A stretch of 64,000 bases of DNA. Origin: Octopus vulgaris. Lineage: Eukaryota. Position numbers and translations under genes: made by a program. This document shows, piece after piece, positions 43,113-57,435 of the stretch. The notes beneath the pieces are model-generated. The model made no database searches. It had not been told where the DNA came from and saw nothing but the letters and a program-made list of their open reading frames with translations. The DNA lies in NCBI GenBank assembly GCA_951406725.2, contig OX597825.1:17422001-17486000 (forward strand), written 5' to 3'. How positions within the stretch are numbered: the stretch's first letter is position 1; the number at the start of each line of letters is the position of its first letter.

Positions 43113-43612
43113 ATCCCGGAGCCAACATTTGCAAAATTCTACTACTATTTCATTTAACAGAATGAATTTACCAAAAGGATCTGTTTTATTTTTTGAGGTT
43201 AGTAGTGTATTTTTATGAGAGGAAGAAATGAGCGACCTATCCCAACTTCCAACAATGGAGGAAGCTGTGGCTACTCGCCTCTGTGATATTTATAAAGGAG
43301 TATTCTATTGCCTTCTGGTAAATGGTAGTGGATGATTTGTTGTCAGCCCAATCTACTATCAGGGTAATCATTCCATTGCCATTTACTACTAGAGAATAAA
43401 AGTTTCCTTTATAGATATCACAGACAAACGTAGCCACAGCTTTCTCAATTTTTGGACGTGGGGATAATGAGATCACTGGAGTTCGCTTATTCCTTCCCCT
43501 CGTATGAAAAATACACTATTAACCTGAAAGAAAAACAGAAAAATTGCTTTTGGTAAATTCATTCTGTCAACTGAAATAGTAGCAGAATGTTGGAAATATT
43601 GGCTCCGGGATT
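43113..43612. repeat. Diverged long inverted repeat (foldback)
   Basis: atcccggagccaa...cagaatgaatttaccaaaag...ggtta.tagtgtatttt...agctgtggctac...ctgtgatat.tataaagga...gtaaatgg recur in order on the opposite strand. Confidence 0.85.
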
Positions 43613-43886
43613 AGATAGTGATATAGAACATGGTAATAAACAGGCAATAATTTGCTTTCAGAAAATATAGGTTGAGATTATATAATCATTGATAGACTCA
43701 CAAATGCGTTGCGAAGAATTAAGGAGAAATTTGTAGTTACTACATATTAAAGTACAATCAATGATGAAGTGTAAGATCATTAATTCGAACCCCTACGTAC
43801 TGTGAAAATACCGATATATACGCGTCTTTACACGCTTGGAAAATGCTATGAATTGCAAAACATCACTCTGTATCTCTGTCTATGTC

Positions 43887-43968
<82 letters not shown>

Positions 43969-44666
43969 AACATGTTTGTATTTAGATAGATGAAGAAAAA
44001 TAGATACTTTTTTTTCATGGTATATATTCTATATCTTGCATCTATAATTCTCGTTTGTTTTTCTTTTTATATTTGGAATGTTTGGATTGCACTTTTGTTT
44101 AACTAATAAAAGGCTCCATCGTAAAATGAAATAAAATTTATGAATTATTCAAGAAATGAAATTAGCAATAGCATGGAAATAGCAATTACAGTTTAAACCA
44201 TTGAAGGCGATAGAATTATAGCAATAAAAGTTTTGGTAATTATGTAAGTTAGAACTCTACTTAAGGCAATAATATAAATATGAGAAAAGATTTTTCGGCA
44301 ACTACCAAACCAAATGGTAGGAACTGATGAATGGCAAAAGAAGGATGACGTAAAACCATTGAATTCTAAATATCTTTTTGTATTAAAATACGAAAGTTGT
44401 TAATAATAAACGGGAAATAAATGAGGTGTAATGAATGATTTTTGTTTTCTTAATAAGTACTTCATGCTAACAAATTACTGATATCAAAAAACATGAATGA
44501 TTGTTGTAAAATGAAATTGAAATATTACTAAAGTATCAAAAACGGTGTTTATAATTTCTTTATTGCGGTCGACATTACTTTAATTTACTTAACACTTTAC
44601 TTTTTATAGTGTTCCGGAATTTTCTGCAGTTTTCGATAATTACATGCAACTTCCCAAGTGCTGATA

Positions 44667-44982
44667 TATTGGGCTGTCCGGAAATTTCGTGCCAATTTAT
44701 AGTAGCTTACCTTTCGACTTATTTTAGAACATGGGTGAGTCCATAAAATAGAATTTGACTATACCTCCATTTAAAGCAGAGTTTAAGCTATATTTTAGTA
44801 GAAGAAGGTTTATGTTCCTATAACCTATGTTCATTCTGTAACCCTTTAAAATGGAAGATAAGAAAGTTCATTTTCGGCACTTGATGCTTTGGGAACCAGA
44901 CAAAAATTGCTGCAGCTGGGCTGGGATGTGTTACCCCACCATTCATATTCACCAGATATTGCTCCTTCGGATTTCCACTTCG
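44667..44982 (+). mobile_element. Internally deleted mariner element
   Basis: Left end TA-ttgggctgtccggaaa; ATG at 44851 gives MEDKKVHFRHLMLWE, fused to TRQKLLQLGWDVLPHHSYSPDIAPSDFH. Confidence 0.85.
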
Positions 44983-45239
44983 GGATTTTGCGTGACTTAA
45001 ACACTTACGGGTTTTCGGAATGGCAGACAAGAAGCGACTTAATCTTCAAGTCTCCACTCGCATTGGCACAAAGGCCGAGAGTTTGCCTATCTTTTATAGG
45101 GTGTTGGCTAGGCATTTTCTTCTCCTCTGCAGTTTTATAAGTTCTTCAGGGTATTTTTCCAAAAAAGGCCAGTTCCATCACGTTTGAATACCTATTGTGT
45201 GCGTAACATAATGTCAGTGTTGGCAAAGCAGTAGTGTGC

Positions 45240-45715
45240 ATCTGAATTTGTAGAAAAGCGTCATTCTGAAAACGTAGTTTCATGTAATAACACTGCTCTG
45301 GTGCATTTCGTAACATTTTGAAAGGCAGATAAAAACAGACTTCTTTGATATGTTCCAAATGAAACATCTGGCAAATGTATGAAGCGAAGAAAGTATGTCC
45401 AAAAAGCGTAAATAAAGCGAATTGAGAGCGAAAAACCAGAAATTATTCTTCATGAAGTGATAACGGAACGAACTTCTTCTTCTAAACAGAAATCCTCCTC
45501 CTCTACGCTCCAACGTTTTCGTCGCGCCCAAATCGTCCATCTTTAAGGTAATTCAGTTAATAAAACCAGTTTACATATTTCTTATGCATTCTCTTTTTTA
45601 TAATTGTCATTTTACTTGTAACTACACCTTTTCTGTTTTATAAGCCATAAAAATTATTTTGGGATGATTTTAGGGGTGCTGGAACGGATTAATTATATTT
45701 TAGTTAATTTCAATA
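45240..45715 (+). mobile_element. pogo/Tigger-like transposase C-terminus and subterminal region
   Basis: SEFVEKRHSE...LVHFRNILKGR*KQTSL and the subterminal motif ctggaacggattaatt. Confidence 0.65.
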
Positions 45716-48700
45716 ATTGCGCCTTTGAAAAGGATGATAGCATTCCATTTCTTCCTTGAACATATTACGTTACTCGTGTTAAATTTTCAGAAAAAGAAAA
45801 ATGCGGTTTTTGTGTCATTTTTGTTAACGTCTTGTAGAGATATTCTATAAATGCTTTGCTCATTCTAAGTAGAAAATTCTAGCAAGTGTTTCAGGTAGAT
45901 AAGGTTGTATAGCAAAGAATGGTATCATTCAATGGGTGCTTTTAATTGGGGTTGTGAGGTACTTCTATGGATTAATGTGGTTTATTTCGGATGTCAAAGG
46001 AGCCTCGTGACGATGCTATTTGCCCCTCTCTTTTTATCTATTTTGTTTGTAAACAATATATTGTGTGGCTTGAATGATCCTCTATTTCCAGTCTCGCAGG
46101 ATTGATGTGTCGTTGTGCTAACGTGTTTCCTGTTGCCAGTCCATTTATTGAATTTTTCTTCCTGTATTTCTGGAGTAGTTTAATTCAGTAGCTTACAAAT
46201 GCCCTTAGACATACTTATATATTGAATGCAAACTTGAAAGCTTTTACAAGTATTTTCCTTTGCAAGAAATAGCAGCTAAATATTCAGCGTATACGACCAT
46301 ACTAACACTATAAATCATAGAATATATAGGATAGTCAAACACTCAATATAGTAATTTTTAAAAGAAACCCAAATGGTGAGGCGAGATCGTTGGACGACGA
46401 GGTTTACGCAGAGGGTATTTGCTACGGTATCGTGTACTGTCACAGTGAATCTAAACATATAATACAGAAATGAATTCCTCTAATTTTTTAAAACTTTAAT
46501 TATTTAAGTGTTATCCTTCCTCAGCAATGTGTTTACCGCTTGGAAATAATTTCTACGAGTTTCGATCCCGCAGCTGGGTACCGCAGCAGATAAAGAAAAA
46601 GCTAAAGCCAGAGATGTCCTTTGTAGCATCCAGAGTAAGCTCTTCAAACGAGGGCAGTAAATCCCTCACAGAGAAATGTTAGGAGTCTGATTCCCAGACC
46701 TACTGAATTTTCTTTCTCCTTGTTATTAATGCGTCTACTACAGCCTATGCTCCTCTGATCTGGCTGGTCTTTATGTGTGTGTATTGGTTCGCTTCGAATG
46801 TATCCAGACAGAAATAGATAAAATAAATTTGATAAACCTATATAAAGGACATGGATAGATACAAAGCGCACCCATACACAGGCACACACACACGTCTTGG
46901 ACGGGTGTACAATGTTAACAATACAACTAGCACGATCAGCAGCAGCGGTGGTGCCGACGATGGCAATAACAACCACACCTTCGACCACGATGGCAACACT
47001 GTGGACGAACAGACATACACAGAGGAATACAGGAACTGTACCGTATTTTTTTCGGATTTTAGGACAGCAGCCGCTCAATGGGTTGAGGGTATGGTGGTGA
47101 GGGGAAGGCCAGATTAATACCAAAATCTAAGAGACACACACACAAGCATACACACACACACACATACGCACACACGCATACACACGCAGACACGCACACA
47201 CACACAAAACAAGGACACAAACACATGCGCACATAAAGATATACATCTTAGAAGAACGGAATCGAGTAAGTGTAGCAAGAACACACACGAAAACGAAAAG
47301 TGTCACTGAAGAGGTCACAGAAGTGTGCCGAAAGAATTCCGGACAATGGACATGATTTAAAATAATAAAAACAGAAGAGTAACAAACTAGTGAAGAAAAA
47401 GTACAGACACAGTGCGTGTGTTTATTTAGTCAAAAATGACCATCCAGAAATACAACAATATATATATATATATTAACATATATGCAGCTGGTTATATAAG
47501 CTACTCTGAGCTCGTGACTATGGCTCGTGTGGACACTGCCAGACCATTAATATGGGTAAATTGAGATGGTTTGAATTTCGGCATATAAATATTTGCAAGA
47601 TATATATAGAACGAATCGCTGCCTCTTCTAATAACAAGATTAAGCCAAATGCATCAAATTACAAAAAGTTAGCGAGAAGCGGCGACACGCTTTTTTAATG
47701 GTGATTTTGAAAGGAAATATACCAGCTTTATATAAAGAGTTATTACTGTGATTGTATCAGTAGAAGTAGGTGGAATATAAGAGTCGGATACATTTAAATA
47801 GCGTGTAGATTTTCTTGGCATATTTAAGGTTCCATGCATGACTTATTTAACGATGTTTTCTTTTCTACAAAGACACCAAAATATTGATAATTCAAAGCAT
47901 GTTTCCTCCGCTCCTCCTGTATCGTAAAGATCACGGCAAGTCGATGTAATCAGTGGTCAGTTTACTCAGGAAATTATAAGGAACACGAAAATTAACAATG
48001 TGTGTGCACCTAATTAAAGACATTTTCTTACGAAATTAACAGATGTTTATGCGTTTATTGCCAGGTTAAAAAAACCCTTGAGACGATATCTAGATATGTG
48101 ATACTATATACTAGATGCTGCCGACCAGGTCAAGCCTTAATAAATGTTAATCCAACAATATCAGAGAGTAAGGTGAAACGTTGAAGATTGCAGTTCACTT
48201 CTGCACAACGATATATCTGTCAATTTTCACATCCGTTTCTCTTTTCTAACTCGTAAATCAATACTTTCTACAATGAGGATATCAAAGAAAAAAAAACATT
48301 ACCTCTGATAAACACTCAAGCTTGTAAGAATATAATTTCATTCAGTTTCGTAGGATTCGACCAGAATTTAGAATATTGACTTGTATAAAATTATTTTAAG
48401 CACTTATCTTCTCTTTAGTAAAAAATAAATGCCTAAAAAATTGCACGAATATATTTAAAGAGGAAATGAGTGCCATACTATTGAAAATATAAAACAGATA
48501 AATAATAAATTTAAACGAATAAGTAATAAATAAATAACACGTCACACATTGCAATGTCAGTGAATGTAAAAGTAAATTTCATTGCAAGAAAATTCTACAT
48601 GTCTTAGCAGAAATTGAATTTAGGCTTTCTGGAATATATCATGAACTCTGAAAGAAAAAAATATATGTATAAAATCTTTGCTTTGAGAAAACAAAATTAG

Positions 48701-49159
48701 AATAAAAAAGAAAGCTAAAATCATTTTCCCACAAATACAAGCCAAACACTGAAAACTGCTTACCGCTTAAGAACGGCGTTTTATTTGCTTGTGTGTGCTT
48801 AACTCCATTTACTGTTTTCAAATTAAATTTTTAAAAATGACACTTATAGAAAAATGCATTTATAATCTAACATAAAATGCAGAAAATGTATTTAAAAAGA
48901 AATCAGAAAAGTATTTCCTTCTATCAACATATAAAAGTTCGAAATATACCATAGGCATATTACAGATCATGGCAATATATGTAGGTTAGAGTCTATACAA
49001 TATATCGTGTCAGGAATACTCTTATATTTTACTAAGTGCATTTTATTTTCCCATGTGCCTATAATAATTGTGCTAGTTCAATTGTCTACTATTGAGGAAT
49101 ATTGTCCTCCTGTAACAAATTATTAACAAATAGATTATATCTTCATAGTTACTTTTCAT

Positions 49160-49535
49160 AGATCCAAGATACATCTCGTGCATGCTGTGGGGTTCATCTT
49201 CAATTATGTTTCTAGGGTTTTGGAGGTTTTCAACATCAGTCTACCATCTCCCAGTCGACCAGGTTGGGGTTGGTCAATTACCCGTTTGAATAGCAGTAGC
49301 ACCAACATACCGGTCTGCCCTGTTCATTTAAAGCCACCTAGAGGCCTTCACTGCAGCTGTGATGGAATTTATGGCATTCTTAGTCGTTGCATCCGAAGAC
49401 GCACGACCAGAAAGGCCTTGAAAAATAAATTCCTCACAAACATCCAAAACCCCACATCCAATGTCGCGCAACGAGCTGCCAAGATCTGGTTTCTGATTGA
49501 CTTCCTCTCACGAGCTTCCTCCATATATTCTTCAT
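49160..49535 (-). mobile_element. HERO-like (R2 group) non-LTR retrotransposon 3' end
   Basis: Minus strand EEYMEEARERK...GCG.F...AINSITAA..ASRWL*MNR, then UTR gaccaacccc..ctggtcg.ctgg...ctgatgttgaaa...cacgagatgtatct as recalled for HERO elements. Confidence 0.65.
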
Positions 49536-49874
49536 GCAATAATATGTGCGAAATATATAATTAGCAATCTATTTGAGATGGGTCAGTTATCTTAGGTTTT
49601 CTATTTCCTGTGCGCTTGTGATATTCTGGTTCCTATGCTTGCAATTGAGTGTTCTTTTCTACACGTATTCAGGGAGGAGATAATGGTGTTAAAAAAGAGC
49701 TGTATTGCATTTGCTCTGAATTTACGATCTATCTATCTAGCTACCTAATTATCTGCCTAGTGATCTGTCTAGCTGTCCATATGTCTAAATACACTCGCAA
49801 GCATAGGGGCACAGAAACGTAAACACAGATACACACAAGCACATATAAACACGAATGCATCTACGAAGCAATTG

Positions 49875-50125
49875 CCCCAGCTCCTCTTCAGGGTAGGCGA
49901 AAGCGATGTGGTGGAAAACGAAAAACCTGGCTGATGACAGTCAAGGCTGATCTGGAACTCAAGCTAGGCTCCCATATCTACGGCGTTCGCCGCCGGAATA
50001 AGGAGTGGTTGGAGATCATACGGTCGTTAGCCTCAAATCGCCAGGTCTAGTCGGCATTTGTGAGAGATGCAGCATTGAGGATGAATGAAGCCAGCTCAAC
50101 ACACCCCTGGTGAATGCTGTCTCAA
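49875..50125 (+). mobile_element. RTE-clade LINE 3' end
   Basis: PAPLQGRRKRCGGKRKTWLMTVKADLE...GVRRRNKEWLE..RSLASNRQV*SAFVRDA. Confidence 0.75.
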
Positions 50126-50923
50126 AACAACATATAAACGCACACAAACAAACACACACACACACATGGATAACACATCATGCTTGCTATCGATTTAGTA
50201 AATATTTTTTATTTGAATTTTGTATTATATTTAAAACAAAATATGTTACGTTCAATCAATGGAAAATACTAATGAAAATACCATGAAAACATGAGCGTTA
50301 TGTCTTGTAAATAGATAAGTAGATATCCAAAACAATAGCCCATCAATAGCAAAACAGCAATCATATATAAGAAGATTTAATAGAAAAGTTATGTATTCTA
50401 TGCAAATACAGCGTAGAAAATCTATAGTAGCCATTCAAAACATGCTGTAACTCAATTTCACATTCGCATACTTTGTTATCATAATTTTCATTGTAGTGAC
50501 ACAACTCTGCTGCGACTGGTTTGAGACTGGTTTTAGCTTAACTGCAGTTTCCGCTAGGCTGTACGACTCCATATGTATCCTCTCCGAGAGAAAAAAATAA
50601 GTATGCTGAAATACGTACCACGACCAAGAATCTCATCCCCAAATCAAATGAATTGGCACACAATTTAGACTGGAAAAGGTATATAAACAACAGTAAGGCT
50701 TCTGTATTTTGGCCAAAAGTCGCGTCGCAGACCAGTTTCGGTTGTTCACAGTCAGTGACTATGTTGCATATAGCGTCACGCAAATTGAGACACCGAATAA
50801 AGAAAGTTTAAGTGACCTAAACACTTTTTTTCTTTTCTGAACAGCTCATATTTCTTTCAACACCTTGACTTGGGTCAAACGCGAATAATTAGAACAAATT
50901 TAATGTCAAGGTTGTTTGAAGGC

Positions 50924-51001
<78 letters not shown>

Positions 51002-51396
51002 GTAGATAGATAGATAGATAGATATTTAGATAGACAGATAGATAAACTGATATATAGATATAGATATAGATATATGATACTAAATGCACTATCTGTTGGT
51101 CAAACAGTATGCATTACAATATGAAATAAGTGGCATTTTCTTTTCCTTTTTTGTATAAGAGGGAATAAAGTATAGATCCACATTTACAATGTAGAAAGAT
51201 ATTTAATAATTTATATTTAGATGACGCAAAAGCCCAATATAGTTAAACAAAACTGTCCGGTGAAGGTAAACGTTAAACTCTGAGTAACAGCTTTTGTTAT
51301 ATTTCTGCTGCTTTTAAATAAAGCATATATACTCTACCTCTGGTATTTGATTACTCTTTTCTCTACCTTGTTCCACATTTATGTGCTTACCCCGGT

Positions 51397-51484
<88 letters not shown>

Positions 51485-53053
51485 GATGTATGAATGTATA
51501 TATGTTATGTGTATGTGTGTATGTGTTTATGTTTATGATTAAAGAAATTCAAATGTCAATAATTTCTATTTAAAAAAGCATTTTAGTGCAGTTTGAGTAT
51601 TCATCCCATTTATAGACAATTTTAATTAGTCAATTCACTCACGTTTTTCTGTAATCTATATTCCATATTCATCTGAATGTAAACTTAGTGCGTAAAATTG
51701 AAAGAAAATAATATCCTTATATAAAAGTTCATTATACTTATCAATTTTCTATGGAATTGTACAATATCAAACTAATATATTTGCTGAAAACTATGTAATT
51801 ACAAATTGAAAATATATTAAACGCAGTCCAAAGATATAATTTTCCCTTAAAGAAATTTCAGGTTATATATTTCTCGTATTGTTCAGAATACTATTTGAAT
51901 TGTAATTTAAAAGTAAAAAAAGAACAACGATACTGTATTGTACTTATATGTGTTAGATATTCACAGTTCATGTGTTTTGTGTAGGAAAGCTTTTGGTTAA
52001 TATATATAGTTACCTGGGCGTTACCTTATATGAAAATGCAAAAATTGCTTAATTCATATCGGCATATTTCAGAATACTGAACTTAGATATCAACTTATAA
52101 AATTTATTATTGAAATTTAATGCCACCGTTAACAGTTGTGCTGTTCAACTTTTAGGATAGTTATGACTTTTGAGTTGAGAACATTTACAAAGGATGGTAA
52201 ATGAGCATATAACTCAAAGGTGGGAATATTAGTATTATCTGAAGGAACGAGGCGTTTTGGTCGAATGGATTTGATATATATGAATGGTAGGTAAGTCAAT
52301 AGGAGGCTGTTGACTCGGTCTCGATTGAATGCAATTTCCATAATGGTTTGGTAGTATATCGAATTAAGGAAAAGTACAGTATATCTTGAGACATTGCGTA
52401 GAAGAATATAAGTGATAAAGTTGGACTTATCGAGATTATGGAATCGCAGTTTCTGAGAGCCAGATGAGAGAAAGTCCATATAGCAATGAGAGATAATATA
52501 TTTGCATTAGATGGAGTTGGAAAAGTTAAGCTTGTTCACAATAGCTAATAAATTTGAGGCCCGACAGAGATATCAAATACAGTGGAATCGAAACACAAAT
52601 GGAACAATTGACACGGATTAGTGTAAGAAATGGAACAGTTTATTTACTCTGATAAACGAGTTGCATAAATGCTTCTTTCATAAGAGACACAGAGGCAAGT
52701 GTTTTAGTCTAGTCAAACGTTTCTTAGGATAACATACATGACTGAGTCTAGGTATGTATTACTAGGTATGTATTACTCCCTAAAGGACAGTTTTTGGTTC
52801 TTTACTGAATAACATTGGTTATCTTTGGTCATTCATGGAGGGCCGAGCGTTCAATATCGAAACTTTCTGAGAGCTAGCCATCTCATTTCACCTCCGAATA
52901 TATGCCTCTGTACATTTTGGTCATCTATCTTTTAAATATGCGACACAATTCAGCTGTTATTGATTGTCTATTTTATCGATTGTTTCGGACTGATGATGAT
53001 GATGATAATGATAAAAATGATGGTGATGACGACGACACCAATAATGCTTAATG

Positions 53054-53102
<49 letters not shown>

Positions 53103-53294
53103 CGATGATGATGATGATGATGATTATAATAAAATGCCCTAATTTTAAAGTAATTTTAATGGCTGTTGGTTTAAACAGTGTGGAAATTAGAATGCCCATT
53201 TATAAAGCAATAATTATTTATAATTGCATTCATTAATTTTAAAATGTAATACTAACTAAAACATTTTTTAGTTAATGTCATCTGTCATCTGCCA

Positions 53295-53327
53295 GGAATG
53301 ACCGGTTTCGAATAATACTCAGATTCC
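53295..53327 (-). ncRNA. Decayed minimal type I hammerhead
   Basis: Minus strand GGAAU-CUGAGUA-UUAUUC-GAAAC-CG-GUC-AUUCC; stem I and GAAACCGGUC intact, core deviates from CUGANGA. Confidence 0.45.
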
Positions 53328-53836
53328 GTGCATTGTTTTCTGAATGTTTTGTGAATGGGCTGCATTTATCTCACTAGTGTCAATTAACATCTATACAATC
53401 ACTTGCCCAGCTGATGCTTTCATTTACAACATTGCGAACATAACTATTCGAGGCTATCTACAATTATACTGCTATAAGGCAGTGTATCGCTTAAGGACAC
53501 GCTTAATCATTAATCCTAAATCCTAAGTTAATCCTGTATTGATATTGCAATTTATCGAATTTCATATAATGTTCAGCAAGGACAATTATCAAAATCAATG
53601 GGAAATTTATGCATTGTAATGAGAGGAATTATATTCCACTATACCAATAATTTATATAACCTATATAAATAATGTATAATAATTTTGAGGTATAATAAAA
53701 AATTTGTCATGTATTTAGACATGTATTCTACTATGGAACCATCTGTTTACTGATGTATTACCAATATGTATCTGTCTTGTTAACCATAAGCATATGAAAG
53801 TGAAATAAAACGAGTGTTATAATCATTTTGTCACAA

Positions 53837-53875
<39 letters not shown>

Positions 53876-53899
53876 CATGGTAATAACTATATTGAAATG

Positions 53900-55020
53900 T
53901 TTAAAACCATCAACTCTTATTGTGTAGTTATATAAATGGTACGTATTATATTGAACTTGGTATGCTTCAATTCAAACTCAACTCATATGGGATATACTGG
54001 ATGTGAAAATATATAAAGGATTGTACAATATGTTTATATACTGTTTGATCTCTTTTATTTTCACGATATATCAGCGATATATTTTAAACAATATCACGGT
54101 CAAAGATGAAAATACCATGCGTCATGTTGTGTGATTTTAACAATATTGCGTCACTACTATATTATCAATGCAATTTCAATGATATCACCTGTTTCAATGT
54201 AAAACTGTAATAACAATGTGATTTTAATATCGTGGACAGCACCATGTTATACAAGAAAATGCAAGTTAGATAACGCTGATCCCAGCTATATTGAAGCAGG
54301 ATATTACAAAATCACTACAATGACAAACAATAAACTACTCCCTATGGTCACAACGAAGGATCTCTAAAATTTATTTTGTTGTCTGCTTTAGCAACTGTGA
54401 CACACCTGTTATACTAACACCTTTCATTGCAAATATTTATGCCACTTTATCTCCAGTATTAAGATATATACAATAAAAATACCCTGCCTAGATAATATAA
54501 AACTCATATCCATACACGTTTTACTAAATGTGTTTTTGCGTTCATATTAGTCATTTTCCACTTAGTAATCAGTGCTGTATTTATGATTATGGTATTTATC
54601 AATATATCGACAAAGGTGTAAAGATATCAGTATTGTTTGTGCTATTTTATCCCATTTACAGAATGTGACAAAATATCGTGAACATTATATATATTACGCT
54701 GTTATTTTTGTGAGATTTCATAAAAAAATAATGATGTAAGGAACAACAAATTGAAAGTCCGATGACACGGTGGATACTATTGGTAGAAATATTTGGTTTG
54801 GTTTTTCAATTACTCTTCATGTGTCTGTCTTTGAACATCTGTTGCACAAGATCTAGATATGAATTTCTTGTACAAAACCAGATTTGCTAGGTTACAAAAG
54901 TACGTTACTGCAATCATGGAAGAAGTGTATTATGGTGTTGGAAGTTGCTTGTCCCTGGGTTTCTTGTTTTCATAATTTTCTTTTTATTTGCGCATTTATT
55001 TTCGGTATTCAACGAACGTA
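53900..55020 (+). pseudogene. Putative decayed intronless Cys-loop receptor (nAChR-like) pseudogene
   Basis: Ordered fragments across frames: QLIWD..Y KG, C-x15-C, hydrophobic blocks, AVIFVRFHKK, SPMTRWILL, QSWKKCIMVLEVAC, LVFIIFFLF; many stops and frameshifts. Confidence 0.45.
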
Positions 55021-55670
55021 TTAGGATAATTCATTTTTATAAAGAAATTTGTGCATGTATTGTAATGGTTCATAATTGACTCTAATTAAGTCAGATTCCA
55101 AAGAGTTAGATTCCAATGAAACGGTGACACAAATGTAAAACTTTTGATCTCTTTGAAACGACTTTTAGTTAAATCACCTGTATACTTAGTTGGTTGTATG
55201 TTTAACTGACTTTACACCACGAAAGCAGTGTTGCAGCAGCGGGTGACAATCTATCTATAATTGGTAAAAGCTTGGAAGGCGTCTAAGAATTCTATCGCAT
55301 TAAATATCTTGCAGTTTAATAGGGAAAGTATTTATATGATGAAAGCTGTTTCGAAATGTAACAAAAGAAATAATACAACGTAAAAAATTAAATGTATCCC
55401 CTCTAACTGTGTTAGCCATGTTTTAAAATGGAAAGGAAAAAGAAAAAAAGAGGATCTTATAATATCATTTGTTCTTTTTCATGAGATGGGCTAACATACA
55501 TCGTTTCACTTGCCAAACAATAATAATTTCAAACAAAAGTATAGCTTCTAATAAAATTTAATGTCACTTTACTTAATTCTAAACTCTTGTGGTGTCCTTA
55601 AATTTAATACACGAAGGGAGAGAACGTGGCAATAGAAGATTGATGACCCACGTATTTCACATTCTTTACT

Positions 55671-55714
<44 letters not shown>

Positions 55715-56183
55715 CACAAACGTAGATATCCAATTATACATTTATACATACATACATGCATTAATATATATATACATACATACATATATATGAACATGTA
55801 TATGTATACATATACATATACATACATGCATATATATACATGCATACATATAAATATATATATAGAGAGAGAGAAAGAGAGATATTTGAAATTAAAAATA
55901 CAATTGTTATGAGTGTGTTTCAACATATATACATATTCAATAAATATATACGACCACGCACACATACACGACCACCCTCACAATGCTATTCATTGTGCGC
56001 GATAGATCCTTAATACACACGATGTTTATCAACTTGCACAACGGTGCGAAATATGTTTTTATGAAATAATGGGATCAAGCGTATTAAGATTATACCATGA
56101 CATGTTTTTCGTTAATTTACTTTACACACACTTCCGCACTCAAATTCACATAAATATATACATATACATACCTAGATACATAC

Positions 56184-56244
<61 letters not shown>

Positions 56245-56348
56245 TACAACAGACATCATACATACATACAGACAGACATATATAAATACATACATTAATA
56301 CTTACACTCACAAAAAAAGGCCCCGACGTACATATGTATGTCTGAATG

Positions 56349-56423
<75 letters not shown>

Positions 56424-56431
56424 ATGTATAA

Positions 56432-56479
<48 letters not shown>

Positions 56480-57097
56480 TTGTATTTACGTATATATGTA
56501 TGTACGTCTATGAATGTATTTTTGTGCGCGTTTGCGTGTGCATTGATATGTATATGGATGTGGGTGTGTGCGCGTGTAAACACTGATAAACAAGTTATAC
56601 GCCTGCTGCGCTTTTAACCGATACGCTGTGAGTCACCTAACTAAGGATCCAATATCTTTGAAGAGTTCAAACGTTCAGAAGATTATGAAGCATCTTTGAG
56701 TTCAATGAGATCGATGATCGTTCCTTTCATATTCCTTATTTGTTGAGTCATGCCGAATATAATCTGCGTGCTCGCGCTCTTTGCTTCCAAAAGAATCTAA
56801 TTATACAACCCATTTCTACCAATCCCTAAATTGAGTGTGTCGGTCGACAAAATTGGTAATTTTCTGGAAGGAATGCAATTATGATTCAATAAAGATAAAT
56901 CTGACTCATTTGTTTGTGCTGTCCTATCTGATAGTATTTTATGGGCTGTATAATATTTTGGTTATCATTTCCCTTGTTATAATTTCTCCGCGAATAGGAA
57001 ACTGGCGTAGTTGAATAAATATCAAGGATATTCTCATACTGTTGATTAAATGCACACTTATATATGGAAGTTTCCCTAACAACGAAACAAAGAGGGC

Positions 57098-57184
<87 letters not shown>

Positions 57185-57271
57185 ATATATATATATATCA
57201 CTTGACCGTTCAGAATGGCGACATATTAGTCTGCAGTTTATTAACTGGACGTAAAATATTATACCTACATG

Positions 57272-57435
57272 AAGCGGCGAGCTAACAGAATCATTAGCAC
57301 TGGGACAAAATGCTTTGCGGTATTCAATCAGCCTTTACATTTTGATTTCAAACTTCGCTAAGCGACAGGGGTCGCTATTGTCGACTTACCCCTTCCTACG
57401 AAATTACTGATCTTATGCTATAATTTGAAGCCAAT
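57272..57435 (+). mobile_element. SINE family A, diverged
   Basis: gcggcgagctaacagaatcattagcac...aaaatgctttgcggtatt. Confidence 0.7.

Noticed and set aside
46644-47123. 159 aa minus-strand ORF and overlapping plus-strand ORFs
   Set aside because: No recognisable domain; partly low complexity
49930-49960. CTGATGA followed by a small hairpin
   Set aside because: No GAAA core; lies within RTE coding sequence (WLMTVKAD)
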